Part shown: positions 41,397 to 51,402 of the stretch, in pieces | Numbering within the stretch: position 1 is the first letter of the stretch | How the letters are laid out: the number at the start of each line of letters is the position of its first letter | Program-made: the position numbers and the translations under genes | The notes under the pieces: generated by a model | What the model was told of the DNA's origin: nothing | Database searches by the model: none | What the model saw: only the letters and a program-made list of their open reading frames with translations | DNA from: an uncultured Desulfobacteraceae bacterium | GTDB taxonomy: Bacteria > Desulfobacterota > Desulfobacteria > Desulfobacterales > UBA11574 | Direction: 5' to 3' | Length of the DNA: 64,000 nt | Assembly: GCA_964591175.1 (NCBI GenBank) | Contig: CAZQAF010000011.1 | Coordinates: 3,208 to 67,207, forward strand

Positions 41397-41464
41397 ATTT
41401 TGAGGATTAAAATTTGAGCCTGACGTAGAAATTGGGCAAAAAGGGGCGTTTTGCAAAGGTCTCA
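41397..41464 (+). repeat. Dispersed intergenic repeat, copy B
   Basis: Identical 28-nt block (41397-41424) and ATTGGGCAAAAAGGGGCGTTTTGCAAAGGTCTCA (41431-41464), directly upstream of the rpmB RBS. Confidence 0.55.
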
Positions 41465-41479
41465 CAGGGAGAAATCATC

Positions 41480-41671
41480 ATGGCTAAAGTATGTGAAATA
41501 TGTGGTAAAAAACCGCTTGTGGGTCATAACGTCAGTCACGCTCATAATTTAACGAAACGGCGCTTCAATCCAAATATCCAAAGGGTAAAGGCGTTGTATA
41601 AAGGCAGCGTCAAAAAGATAATGGTATGCACAAACTGCATTAAATCGGGGCATATTATTAAAGCATCATAA
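41480..41671 (+). CDS. rpmB: 50S ribosomal protein L28 (Cys-containing form)
   Basis: [38 protein letters not shown] lies before ATG 41480 (ORF-track start 41432 is too far upstream). Confidence 0.9.
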   Translation: MAKVCEICGKKPLVGHNVSHAHNLTKRRFNPNIQRVKALYKGSVKKIMVCTNCIKSGHIIKAS

Positions 41672-41691
41672 CCCTGAAAACAAATGGTGGA

Positions 41692-43836
41692 TTATCTGTC
41701 CACCCTTCTGGCATCCTGAATATGTTTCACTTTTCTTATGGATGCGAGAACCCTGTTTAAATGATCGGTATCTTCAACGGTAATGGTGAAGAAGCTATCG
41801 ACGATTTTGCTCTCACGAGTCTGCGTATTTGCACTCAAAATATTCGAGCCATTTTTACTGATATTTGCAGTAATATCAGCTAACAATCCCACCCTGTCAT
41901 AAGAACGAACCATGATCTTTACCGGATATGTATCCGCCGCTTCCATATCCCAATCCACGTCTATTTGCCGTTCAGGACTCATTTTTAAGGCATTGACACA
42001 ATTCGTTCGATGAACGGTAACGCCGAAACCTCGGGTAATGTAACCGGTAATCGGATCTCCCGGCACCGGCTGACAGCATTTCCCGAATTTAATTAAAATA
42101 TCATCGACACCCTTTACGGTAACGCCTATTTTCGGCTTTCTCTTTCTGACACGGCTGATGATTTTATTCAATAAAGATTCTGACGGCTCTTCCTCCGGTT
42201 TCGGCTCAATCCTTCGAATAATCTGCAGTGGCGTAATTTTTCCGTAACCAACGCCTGCGATTAAATCATCCACATGTTTAAAGCCAAAATGTTCTACCAC
42301 TTTCGCCATGTCTTCCGATTTCAAGAGCGTATTGAAATTAAGCCGGTGTTTACGAAATTCCTTTTCGCACATTTCCCGGCCAAGAGTGATACTTCGCTCT
42401 TTCTCCTGGGTCTTGATCCATTGCCTGATCCTGGAACGCGCCTTGACGGTTTTGACAAAGTTCAGCCAGTCTTTACTGGGATGACTCTTGCTCGATGTAG
42501 AAATTTCAACCGTATCACCGGTTTTCAGTTCATATTGCAAGGAGACGATACGGCCGTTCACTTTGGCGCCGGTGCATTGATTCCCGACTTCCGTGTGAAT
42601 TAAATAGGCAAAATCCACGGGGGTAGCGCCGTTGGGAACCGTCTTGATATCTCCTCGAGGGGTAAACACATAAACTTCATCCGGGAAAAGATCGATGCGA
42701 ACATTTTCCAGAAATTCATCGGGATTTTTAAAATTTTTCTGGTTTTCAACGAGGTTCTGTATCCAGGAAAAAGCTTTGGTCGTTTCTTCATCGAGGCGAA
42801 GACCTTCCTTGTAACTCCAGTGCGCAGCGATCCCTGATTTGGCGACCTTGTCCATTTCCCATGTCCGAATCTGAATCTCTATTCGCTCTCCAAAGGGGCC
42901 GATAACGGTGGTGTGAAGGGATTGATACATATTCGGTTTGGGAACACCGATATAGTCTTTGAATTTATTGGCAACCGGTTTCCATAGTGAATGAATCACC
43001 CCAAGCGCTTCATAACAGTGAGGTATCGTGTCGAGAATGATTCTAAATGCAATGATGTCGTAAACATCTTCGAATTCAAGATGCTGGGACATCATTTTTT
43101 TATAGATACTGTAAAAATATTTGTACCTTCCGAGAACTTCGCATTCAAGGTTGTGCTCATCCATTTTCTTTTTGATCAGCGCTTTGACGGTTTCAATATA
43201 CTTTTCACCTTCTTCCTTGTCCTGATTGACCAGTTGTTCAATTTGAAGGTATTCCTCGGGCTGGAGGTACATAAACGACGTATCTTCAAGTTCCTTTTTT
43301 ATCCAGTAAATACCGAGGCGGCCTGCAATGGGCGCATATATGTCCAGCGTTTCCCTGGCGATCATTTCCCTTTTTTTGGATGCGTGATATTTCAGCGTTC
43401 TCATGTTGTGAAGCCGGTCCGCCAGCTTAATCAATATGACACGAATATCATCCGCCATTGCAAGGATCATTTTCCTGATGCTTTCAGCTTGTCGCGCCTG
43501 AGAACTGCTGCTGAAAGGAAGAACACTCAGCTTGGTCACACCCGACACGATATGGGTAACTTCCTTGCCGAACATTTCATATAATTCTTCCGTGGAGGCA
43601 TGTGTATCCTCGACAACATCATGCAGCAGGCCGGCCGCGACACTGACGGCATCAAGTTTCATATCCGTCAGGATACCGGCCACTTCAAGGGGGTGGGACA
43701 AATAGGGTTCACCGGAAAGGCGGACCTGCCCGTCATGAACCCTGGCCGAATAAATATAGGCGCGATCAATGATGTCCAGATCAACATCCGGGTAATATTC
43801 GGTTATTTTATCGATAATATCGTTAATACGGATCAT
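41692..43836 (-). CDS. relA: Bifunctional (p)ppGpp synthetase/hydrolase (RelA/SpoT homologue)
   Basis: 714 aa with an HD domain (HDVVEDT), a synthetase domain (YQSLHTTV), and TGS and ACT domains. Confidence 0.95.
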   Translation of the reverse strand: MIRINDIIDKITEYYPDVDLDIIDRAYIYSARVHDGQVRLSGEPYLSHPLEVAGILTDMKLDAVSVAAGLLHDVVEDTHASTEELYEMFGKEVTHIVSGVTKLSVLPFSSSSQARQAESIRKMILAMADDIRVILIKLADRLHNMRTLKYHASKKREMIARETLDIYAPIAGRLGIYWIKKELEDTSFMYLQPEEYLQIEQLVNQDKEEGEKYIETVKALIKKKMDEHNLECEVLGRYKYFYSIYKKMMSQHLEFEDVYDIIAFRIILDTIPHCYEALGVIHSLWKPVANKFKDYIGVPKPNMYQSLHTTVIGPFGERIEIQIRTWEMDKVAKSGIAAHWSYKEGLRLDEETTKAFSWIQNLVENQKNFKNPDEFLENVRIDLFPDEVYVFTPRGDIKTVPNGATPVDFAYLIHTEVGNQCTGAKVNGRIVSLQYELKTGDTVEISTSSKSHPSKDWLNFVKTVKARSRIRQWIKTQEKERSITLGREMCEKEFRKHRLNFNTLLKSEDMAKVVEHFGFKHVDDLIAGVGYGKITPLQIIRRIEPKPEEEPSESLLNKIISRVRKRKPKIGVTVKGVDDILIKFGKCCQPVPGDPITGYITRGFGVTVHRTNCVNALKMSPERQIDVDWDMEAADTYPVKIMVRSYDRVGLLADITANISKNGSNILSANTQTRESKIVDSFFTITVEDTDHLNRVLASIRKVKHIQDARRVDR

Positions 43837-43845
43837 GATGTCGAA

Positions 43846-45366
43846 TCAATACGCCTTGGCAAAAACGACGCGACCGATGCCGGGACGGCCGCAGCATATG
43901 CATTTTCCTTTTTCAGGTATACCGTCTGAAGGTATACATCGAATCGTCACACTCAGGTCGTCTTTAATTTGGGCCTCGCAATCATCTTCTCCGCACCAGT
44001 GACTGTATGAAAACCCGCCGTGGATTTCGGGTTTTTCCTGATTTTTTGGTGTGAAAAAATTATAAAATTCATCCCTGTCATTAATTGAAACCGTGTATTT
44101 CTTTCTAAATGACAAAGCCCGTTCAAAAAGCCTGTCCTGAATGTCATCCAAAATAGCGGTGACCTCCGCAACAAAACGGTCTTTATTTATGGACGCCTTA
44201 TCTTTATAAGGTTTATCTCTGCGTCCGACGTAAACGGAATTTTCGGCAATATCCCTGGGTCCGATTTCCACTCGAACCGGTATCCCTTTTTTTATCCATT
44301 CCCATCCCCTGGCGCCGCCGATCTCCCGGTCGTCGATTTCCACTTCAAGTCGGCGATGATGATAGGTTTTATCCTTCAGTTCTCTTCCCAGCGATTCGAC
44401 AAATTCCATCACGCTGGCCCGGTCATCAGGCTTTCTGATAATGGGCATCAGGACGACATGGGAAGAAGCCACCTTCGGCGGAAGGACGATGCCGTCATCA
44501 TCGCTGTGGGTCATGATGAGTCCTCCGACAAGGCGGGTGGATGATCCCCAGGACGTGGTCCACGCATATTCTTCCGTTTCCTGATCGGTCTGGAATTTGA
44601 TTCCCGAAGCCTTTGCAAAATTTTGTCCCAAGAAATGCGATGTGCCCACCTGGAGCCCTTTTCTATCTTGCATCATTGCTTCGATGCACAAGGTGTCGAC
44701 AGCTCCCGGGAATCTTTCGGAGGCTGATTTTTTTCCCTTAATCACCGGCATGGCCAGGTATTCTTCAGCCAGCCTTGCGTAAACACCGAGCATGAGTTGT
44801 GTTCGCTCGACGGCTTCTTCTTGGGTGGCATGGACGGTGTGGCCTTCCTGCCACAAAAATTCACTGGTTCGTAAAAAGAGGCGTGTTCGCATTTCCCATC
44901 TCACGACATTGGCCCACTGATTGATCAGTATGGGAAGGTCCCGATAGCTCCCCACCCACTTGGAAAAAGAATCTCCGATGATGGTTTCGGAAGTCGGGCG
45001 CACAATCAGCGGTTCATTCAATTTTCCGGCGGGTTCAAGACCGCCATGGACTCCTTTTTCCAACCGATGGTGGGTTACAACAGCGCATTCTTTTGCAAAA
45101 CCTTCCACGTGTTCCGCTTCCTTTTCAAGAAAAGAAAGTGGGATAAACAGCGGGAAATAGGCATTCTTAACCCCTGTTTCTTTGAACATGCCATCCAGTA
45201 CATTCACAATATTTTCCCAGAGAGAATATCCCCAGGGCTTGATAACCATGCATCCCCTCACCGGTGATCGCTCCGCCAAATCCGATGCTTTGACCACTTC
45301 TTGATACCATTGGGGATAATCTTCGTCCCGGGTCGGCGTTATTGCGGTCTTGATTTGTTTTCCCAT
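43846..45366 (-). CDS. proS: Proline--tRNA ligase (archaeal/eukaryote-like type)
   Basis: 506 aa. DYPQWYQEVVKASDLAE...RGCMVIKPWGYSLWE, and a C-terminal Zn-binding Cys cluster. Confidence 0.93.
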   Translation of the reverse strand: MGKQIKTAITPTRDEDYPQWYQEVVKASDLAERSPVRGCMVIKPWGYSLWENIVNVLDGMFKETGVKNAYFPLFIPLSFLEKEAEHVEGFAKECAVVTHHRLEKGVHGGLEPAGKLNEPLIVRPTSETIIGDSFSKWVGSYRDLPILINQWANVVRWEMRTRLFLRTSEFLWQEGHTVHATQEEAVERTQLMLGVYARLAEEYLAMPVIKGKKSASERFPGAVDTLCIEAMMQDRKGLQVGTSHFLGQNFAKASGIKFQTDQETEEYAWTTSWGSSTRLVGGLIMTHSDDDGIVLPPKVASSHVVLMPIIRKPDDRASVMEFVESLGRELKDKTYHHRRLEVEIDDREIGGARGWEWIKKGIPVRVEIGPRDIAENSVYVGRRDKPYKDKASINKDRFVAEVTAILDDIQDRLFERALSFRKKYTVSINDRDEFYNFFTPKNQEKPEIHGGFSYSHWCGEDDCEAQIKDDLSVTIRCIPSDGIPEKGKCICCGRPGIGRVVFAKAY

Positions 45367-46446
45367 TTAACGATTCCTCGATTCATCAAGTTTATCAATT
45401 TCAGCCAGTAACACCTCGACAATTTTGTCCTCGGGAAATTTTTTGATCACTTTGCCTTTCTTGAAAAGAATTCCGATGCCGTCGCCGCCGGCAACACCGA
45501 TATCCGCCTCTTTTGCTTCTCCCGGTCCGTTTACCACGCAGCCCATAATAGCCAGTTTGACGGGCAAAGGGTTCAACATTAACGCGCTTTCGACCCGCTC
45601 GAGAATACGAAACAAATCGATCTTACAACGACCGCAAGTCGGACAGGATATAATATCCGGTCCATACCGGCGAATGTCAAGTGCCTTGAGAATTTCGTAA
45701 CCGACCCGGATCTCTTCCACCGGATCCCGGGTCAACGAAACACGAATCGTATCTCCGATACCCTCTGCAAGAAGCATCCCAATACCCAGAGAAGATTTGA
45801 CGACCCCGGAATAGAGCCCTCCTGCTTCGGTGACACCGACATGCAGCGGGAGATCGGTTTTGGAAGAAAGACGTCTGTATGAATTTACGGTTCGATGAAC
45901 GTCCGAGGCCTTTATGGAAAGCTTGACATTATCAAAATCAAAAGAGGCGAATAGATCAATATGCCGCATGGCGCTTTCAACCATTGCTTCGGGACTTGCA
46001 CCATGGTATTTTTTTAAAAGATCTTTTTCAAGAGAACCGGAATTTATCCCGATCCTAATGGGGATGTTGGCCGCTTTTGCGCAATCGATAACCGCTTTGA
46101 CTTTGTTTTTTCCGCCGATATTCCCCGGGTTTATTCGCAAACCGTCGGCGCCGGATTTTGCCGAAGCGATTGCCAGACGATGGTCGAAATGGATATCGGC
46201 AATTATCGGTATGGAAATCTGCCGTTTAATTGAAGAAATCGCCAGGGCAGCTTCATGGTCGGGCACCGCCACCCTGACGATTTCACATCCTGCTTTTTCC
46301 AGGCGACGGATCTGGGCTACGGTGGACTGAACATCCTGGGTAAACGTGTTGGTCATGGATTGGACGATAACCGGCGCAGTCCCCCCGACGCTGACATTTC
46401 CGACCTTAATTCTGCGTGTTTTTTTTCGTTTTATTGAAAAAGGCAT
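45367..46446 (-). CDS. ispG: 4-hydroxy-3-methylbut-2-en-1-yl diphosphate synthase
   Basis: 359 aa. VGGTAPVIVQSMTNT, ISCPTCGRC, and GCVVNGPGEAKEADIG motifs. Confidence 0.95.
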   Translation of the reverse strand: MPFSIKRKKTRRIKVGNVSVGGTAPVIVQSMTNTFTQDVQSTVAQIRRLEKAGCEIVRVAVPDHEAALAISSIKRQISIPIIADIHFDHRLAIASAKSGADGLRINPGNIGGKNKVKAVIDCAKAANIPIRIGINSGSLEKDLLKKYHGASPEAMVESAMRHIDLFASFDFDNVKLSIKASDVHRTVNSYRRLSSKTDLPLHVGVTEAGGLYSGVVKSSLGIGMLLAEGIGDTIRVSLTRDPVEEIRVGYEILKALDIRRYGPDIISCPTCGRCKIDLFRILERVESALMLNPLPVKLAIMGCVVNGPGEAKEADIGVAGGDGIGILFKKGKVIKKFPEDKIVEVLLAEIDKLDESRNR

Positions 46447-46500
46447 GATGACCTGATATTAATTAAATTGAATGCTGCCATTGTATAAGGCCGAATATTA

Positions 46501-46593
46501 AAGAGTACCCTGCAGCCCGATGAGACGGGATCGCCTTCACACGATTTTCGGCGGTCACGTCCGCTTCGCTCCGACAAGCTGCAGGGTACTCTT
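46501..46593. repeat. 93-nt element closed by a perfect 16-bp inverted repeat; candidate structured RNA or MITE-like repeat
   Basis: AAGAGTACCCTGCAGC (46501-46516) and GCTGCAGGGTACTCTT (46578-46593). The interior can form two further hairpins. Confidence 0.45.
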
Positions 46594-46736
46594 GAATACC
46601 AGATTATATAAATAACAGACGGCACGCTGAAATTCAAGAAAAATGGCGTTTTCGGACAGGTCTGAAAATTAATGAATTTTCTAAAAATTCGAATTCACTA
46701 TACAAAGAGACCTTTGAAAAATGAAAGGGGTACATT

Positions 46737-47171
46737 ATGAAACTTCAAAAGGGTGAAAGTTATTCCAAAAAGCACGGGCCCGATGCAGCGCCTGATCTCT
46801 CGATTAAAAATGAAATATTGAAACGCGCCAAAGGCGATGAAGTCCCCTGTGCCACGGCATTTGACATTGCAAAAGCATTGCGGATTTCGCCAAAAGGGGT
46901 GGGCAGGACGGCTGACCTGATGAATTTCAAGTTGACGAAATGCCAGTTGGGATTGTTCGGATATCAGCCCCAAAAAAAGATCGTTAAGCCTCAGGACAGT
47001 ATCCAAGAGAATCTGAAAAATGCAATTTCCCAATCGCTCTCCCAAGGAAAACTCTCTTGCAAGCACGCCTGGGAGATCGCATTCCGGTATAACATCCGTA
47101 AGATGGCTGTCAGCAGTGCTTGTGAAACCATGGGGATCAAAATAAAGGATTGCCAGCTTGGTGCGTTTTAG
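46737..47171 (+). CDS. Hypothetical protein with an internal duplication ending in K-x-x-CQLG-x-F
   Basis: 144 aa. Repeat 1 CATAFDIAKAL...KLTKCQLGLFG; repeat 2 CKHAWEIAFRY...KIKDCQLGAF. AAAGGGG lies before the ATG. Confidence 0.55.
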   Translation: MKLQKGESYSKKHGPDAAPDLSIKNEILKRAKGDEVPCATAFDIAKALRISPKGVGRTADLMNFKLTKCQLGLFGYQPQKKIVKPQDSIQENLKNAISQSLSQGKLSCKHAWEIAFRYNIRKMAVSSACETMGIKIKDCQLGAF

Positions 47172-48167
47172 ATGGAAAATGATCACTTGCATTATACGCC
47201 CCTGAATGGACGCAGTTTGAGAGAGATGGCACTGAATAAGGCGCATCACGGCAACGGCATCTTCATAAGCCCTATCGGCTCCTTTCGGAAACGAAGATTC
47301 CTGCAATTGTTGAAATGGAAGCTCAACTCAAGCCGGTTTAGCCCTTATCTTAAAGATCAGATTGTTCGTCCGGTTGCCGTAAACTGGTACCCCATACAGG
47401 CGCATCATGGCCTCAGCGTCACTTTTCTCAAGCATGCCGGCATTCTGATCAAAGACGTCGGCACCTTCCTGCTGGTGGATCCGATGTTTTCCGGTCTGTC
47501 ATGGTTTATCGAGGATTTTTCACCTTTTGCATTCAACACGAATCAAATCCCGGCTCCCGATCATGTTCTGATCACTCACGGCCATTACGACCATCTCGAT
47601 AAATCGACTTTAACGCTTTTGGATAAAACCACCCACGTGATCACGCCTTTGGGACATCATCGGGTATTTCAGGATTTGAATATGAGAAATCGAACCCAGA
47701 TGGACTGGTATGATATGTATCGGGAAAATGATCGATCGATCACCTTTCTGCCCAGCAATCACTGGACCATGCGAAATCCATTTCGGGGGCCCAACCGATC
47801 TCTATGGGGAGGGTATATGATCGAAACATCCACCGGACATACGATTTATGTCACAGGCGACTCCGGATATTTCGATGGGTTTTCGGAAATCGGACAGGAT
47901 TATGATATCGATCTTGTCGTCATCTACCTCGGGGCTTATGAACCGCGCTGGTTCATGGCATCCAGCCATATGAATCCCAAAGAAGCGGTTCGCGCATTTA
48001 AAGAACTTGATGCCAGAAAGATGATGATCGTACACTGGGGAACGTTTCGCCTGGGTGACGAACCCGTCCATTTTCCCCCGAACGATGTGAAAGGAGAGCT
48101 GAAAAAGGAAGGGTTAAGCGACCGGTTGATCGATATCCGCCATGGTGAAACCTTCTTTTTGGACTGA
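47172..48167 (+). CDS. MBL-fold metallo-hydrolase (NAPE-PLD-like)
   Basis: 331 aa. ITHGHYDHLD motif and a late DLVVIYLGAYEPRWFM...HMNPKEA segment. Confidence 0.8.
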   Translation: MENDHLHYTPLNGRSLREMALNKAHHGNGIFISPIGSFRKRRFLQLLKWKLNSSRFSPYLKDQIVRPVAVNWYPIQAHHGLSVTFLKHAGILIKDVGTFLLVDPMFSGLSWFIEDFSPFAFNTNQIPAPDHVLITHGHYDHLDKSTLTLLDKTTHVITPLGHHRVFQDLNMRNRTQMDWYDMYRENDRSITFLPSNHWTMRNPFRGPNRSLWGGYMIETSTGHTIYVTGDSGYFDGFSEIGQDYDIDLVVIYLGAYEPRWFMASSHMNPKEAVRAFKELDARKMMIVHWGTFRLGDEPVHFPPNDVKGELKKEGLSDRLIDIRHGETFFLD

Positions 48168-48177
48168 GTCTGCCTGC

Positions 48178-48804
48178 CTAACCTCCCCCCACAAAAGGAT
48201 TATATCGCTTTTCCCTTCCGATGCTTGTTTCCGGGCCGTGTCCTGAAAGGACCTTTACCGTGTCATCCATTTTAAAAAGTTTTGTCTGAATGCTCGATAT
48301 CAACGTGTTAAAGTCTCCGCCGGGAAAATCGGTACGGCCAATGGACCCGGCAAAAAGCGTATCTCCCACGAACACCACACCGTTTGTAAATAGAGAGATT
48401 CCACCCGGGGTGTGGCCCGGTGTATGAATCACGTTTAAGGTGACATTGCCGAAAGAGACGGTATCGCCTTCTTCGATGGTTTGATCGCATGGCGGCGAAT
48501 TTTCCACTGAAATGCCGAAAATCGCTGCATTTGATGAAAGGTTTGAAAGCATGGGTGCATCCAGGGGATGAATGAGGATGTCGGCGCCGGTAACATCTTT
48601 GATTTTCCCGTTGGCACTGACATGATCGAAATGCCCATGGGTGTTGATGATATATTTTACTTTCAATGAGTCATCGGAAAGGGAGCGCAGGATACTGTCC
48701 GCATCTCCCCCTGGATCGATGACAACAGCTTCTTTGGTTTCCGAACATCCACAAATAAAACAGTTCGCCATCAGCGGACCGACGGCCAATTCCTTAAGAA
48801 TCAA
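48178..48804 (-). CDS. MBL-fold metallo-hydrolase (glyoxalase II-like)
   Basis: 208 aa. INTHGHFDHV, HTPGHTPG, GDTLFAGSIGRTDFPGG. Confidence 0.85.
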   Translation of the reverse strand: MILKELAVGPLMANCFICGCSETKEAVVIDPGGDADSILRSLSDDSLKVKYIINTHGHFDHVSANGKIKDVTGADILIHPLDAPMLSNLSSNAAIFGISVENSPPCDQTIEEGDTVSFGNVTLNVIHTPGHTPGGISLFTNGVVFVGDTLFAGSIGRTDFPGGDFNTLISSIQTKLFKMDDTVKVLSGHGPETSIGREKRYNPFVGGG

Positions 48805-48830
48805 AACATCCTCCTTTTAAGGTCATCGCT

Positions 48831-49109
48831 TCACGAAATCCTTTTTTTTGCCTGTTCTATAAGTTCGACAAGGCTGACGATTTTCGGTCTCGGCTTTGCA
48901 TGAGCCAGTTGATTAAACTGCTTTTCGGGAAGAGAATTTTGCAAATACTGAACGACATCAAAAGATTCCCACCAGCAGTCGAGTATTTTCCAGCAGACCG
49001 AATGGTCGTCGCTGCTTGTCCGGCAATAGCCGAAGGATACCGGGCCGCCGAGCCTGGGGCATCTTCGCTCTATTTGATCCCTGTTTTTATGCTTTGTGTC
49101 TTTACTCAT
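48831..49109 (-). CDS. Hypothetical small Cys-containing protein
   Basis: 92 aa. CPRLGG...YC...CWKILDCWW. Its start overlaps the nusB stop by 8 nt, so the two are probably co-transcribed. Confidence 0.5.
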   Translation of the reverse strand: MSKDTKHKNRDQIERRCPRLGGPVSFGYCRTSSDDHSVCWKILDCWWESFDVVQYLQNSLPEKQFNQLAHAKPRPKIVSLVELIEQAKKRIS

Positions 49110-49548
49110 CTTCCATGTCGAGGCTTACTTTAATTTTATTTTTCTCCAGGGCCATGCGAATGCTGTCGAGGATTCCGTTGATAAAAGCGCCGGATTCCTC
49201 CGTACCGAATCTTTTTCCGATGTCAACGGCTTCGTTGATGGATACTTTTGACGGGATGTCCCGACAATACATCAGTTCATACACGGCGATTCTAATAATG
49301 TTTCTGTCCACGCATGCCATGCGACCGATTTTCCAGTGATCGGAAAAATTCTCGATGATTGAATCAAGTTCGGATTTTGTTTGAAGTACGCCGTTTACCA
49401 GCTTGAGAAAAAAAGGGCGGGCCTTTTTTGAAAGGCTGAAATTCGCACAGAAGCGCTCCAGCAACAACTCTTTCGAGCCGTTCGAGTTCATATCCATATA
49501 AAAGAGCGCCTGCATGGCAAGTTCTCGGGACTTGCGACGATTTCCCAT
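49102..49548 (-). CDS. nusB: Transcription antitermination factor NusB
   Basis: 148 aa. RRKSRELAMQALFYMD...NRIAVYELMY. Confidence 0.92.
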   Translation of the reverse strand: MGNRRKSRELAMQALFYMDMNSNGSKELLLERFCANFSLSKKARPFFLKLVNGVLQTKSELDSIIENFSDHWKIGRMACVDRNIIRIAVYELMYCRDIPSKVSINEAVDIGKRFGTEESGAFINGILDSIRMALEKNKIKVSLDMEDE

Positions 49549-49550
49549 GG

Positions 49551-50024
49551 TTATGCCTGGTCGACGACCTCGATCAAATTTGCCATTTCAATGGCCGCTA
49601 TTGCCGCACTCCATCCTTTATTGCCGGCTTTTGTCCCGGCACGTTCGATGGCCTGCTCGATGGTGTCCGTGGTCACAATTCCGAATATCACCGGGACTTC
49701 GGTCTCGAGACCGACCGCTGCAACACCCTTGGAAACTTCGGCACTAACATATTCAAAGTGCGGCGTGGCGCCTCTGATGACGGCTCCCAGACAGATAACG
49801 GCATGATATCGTTTTGTTGCGGCCATTTTTTTAGCCATCAGCGGGATTTCAAAAGCGCCCGGAACCTTGACGATGTCAATATCCTCATCTTTGGCTCCGG
49901 ACCTTATCAATCCATCCAAAGCCCCTTCAAGAAGCCTATCGGAAATAAAATCATTAAAGCGGCTGACAACGAGTGAAAATTTTTTACCCTCGGCAAGAAG
50001 CTTGGCTTCGATAATTTTCGGCAT
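49551..50024 (-). CDS. ribH: 6,7-dimethyl-8-ribityllumazine synthase
   Basis: 157 aa. VVSRFNDFI...VPGAFEIP...GTKAGNKG. Confidence 0.95.
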   Translation of the reverse strand: MPKIIEAKLLAEGKKFSLVVSRFNDFISDRLLEGALDGLIRSGAKDEDIDIVKVPGAFEIPLMAKKMAATKRYHAVICLGAVIRGATPHFEYVSAEVSKGVAAVGLETEVPVIFGIVTTDTIEQAIERAGTKAGNKGWSAAIAAIEMANLIEVVDQA

Positions 50025-50105
50025 TTATCTTTTCCTCCTCCATGGTTTCCCTTCTGCTTGCGCGTTCCTACTTCCTCTTTTCTCTTTCCTATTCTTGCTT
50101 GATGG

Positions 50106-51341
50106 CTAGGACACGGTATCGACATTTAACATGTGGCCCATCTTAAGTTGTTTGCACTTTAAATATCGACGATTGTATTCATTGGGTTCTGTTTCGATTT
50201 CGGTCTGCTCGACAATGCTCAAGCCATAACCGTCAAGCCCGACCATTTTTTTGGGATTATTGGTAAGGAGCCGCATCTTTCTCACGCCGAGATCCACCAG
50301 AATTTGGGCGCCGATGCCGTAATTTCTCAGGTCCGGTTGGAATCCAAGCCGCTCATTTGCTTCGACGGTGTCGAGGCCCTGATCCTGGAGTGCATAGGCT
50401 TTTATTTTATTCACAAGCCCGATACCGCGACCTTCCTGCCGGATATACAGAATCACGCCGGTACCTTCCTGATCAATCATTTCCATGGCCGTCTGTAACT
50501 GCTCGCCGCAATCACAGCGCATTGAACCGAAGATATCTCCCGTCAGACACTCCGAGTGAACCCTGACAAGCACCGGTTTTTCAGGGTCAATTTCCCCTTT
50601 AACCATTGCAAAATGCAGTAAGCTATCCACTTCATTTTCATATACAATGGCTTTGAATTCCCCTGCAATTGAGGTTGGGATGATGGTTTCCGCCGCTCTT
50701 TTAACAAAGGATTCGGTGCGCATACGATATTCAATAAGGTCTGCGATGGTGCATATGCCGATACCATGTTTCTCGCTGAATTTTTCAAGTGCCGGCATCC
50801 TGGCCATGGACCCGTCTTCATCCATGATTTCACAAATCACTCCGGCGGGTTTTAAGCCGGCAAGCCGCGCCAAATCTATCGAGCCTTCCGTCTGACCGGC
50901 ACGCACGATCACACCGCCCTTCCTGCCGCGCAGCGGAAAGACATGACCGGGCCTTACAAGATCCGTTGGCTGGGCATCATCCTCCACGGCTGTGAGAATG
51001 GTCGTAGCCCTGTCCGCCGCGGAAATGCCGGTTGTCACGCCGCATCGGGCTTCGATGGACACCGTAAAACCGGTTTGAAACCTTGATGTGTTGTGTTCAA
51101 CCATCAGCGGAAGATTGAGAGAATCGATTTTTTCTCCGGTCATGGACAGACAAATCAGCCCTCTTCCGTATTTGCTCATAAAATTAATAGCTTCAGGGGT
51201 AACCGCTTCTGCAGCCATGGTCAGATCACCCTCGTTTTCACGATCTTCATCATCAACGAGGACGACCATTCGCCCGTCTTTTATTTCTTTGATTGCATCT
51301 TCAATAGATATTAACGGCATTTCTTTTGCTGATCTCCTCAT
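50106..51341 (-). CDS. ribBA: Bifunctional 3,4-dihydroxy-2-butanone-4-phosphate synthase / GTP cyclohydrolase II
   Basis: 411 aa. [32 protein letters not shown]-type motifs. Confidence 0.95.
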   Translation of the reverse strand: MRRSAKEMPLISIEDAIKEIKDGRMVVLVDDEDRENEGDLTMAAEAVTPEAINFMSKYGRGLICLSMTGEKIDSLNLPLMVEHNTSRFQTGFTVSIEARCGVTTGISAADRATTILTAVEDDAQPTDLVRPGHVFPLRGRKGGVIVRAGQTEGSIDLARLAGLKPAGVICEIMDEDGSMARMPALEKFSEKHGIGICTIADLIEYRMRTESFVKRAAETIIPTSIAGEFKAIVYENEVDSLLHFAMVKGEIDPEKPVLVRVHSECLTGDIFGSMRCDCGEQLQTAMEMIDQEGTGVILYIRQEGRGIGLVNKIKAYALQDQGLDTVEANERLGFQPDLRNYGIGAQILVDLGVRKMRLLTNNPKKMVGLDGYGLSIVEQTEIETEPNEYNRRYLKCKQLKMGHMLNVDTVS

Positions 51342-51402
51342 CCGGATAAACCGGAGTTATTTTGTTATAATAAAGACATGGGAATAACGCCAAATAGACC
51401 GG

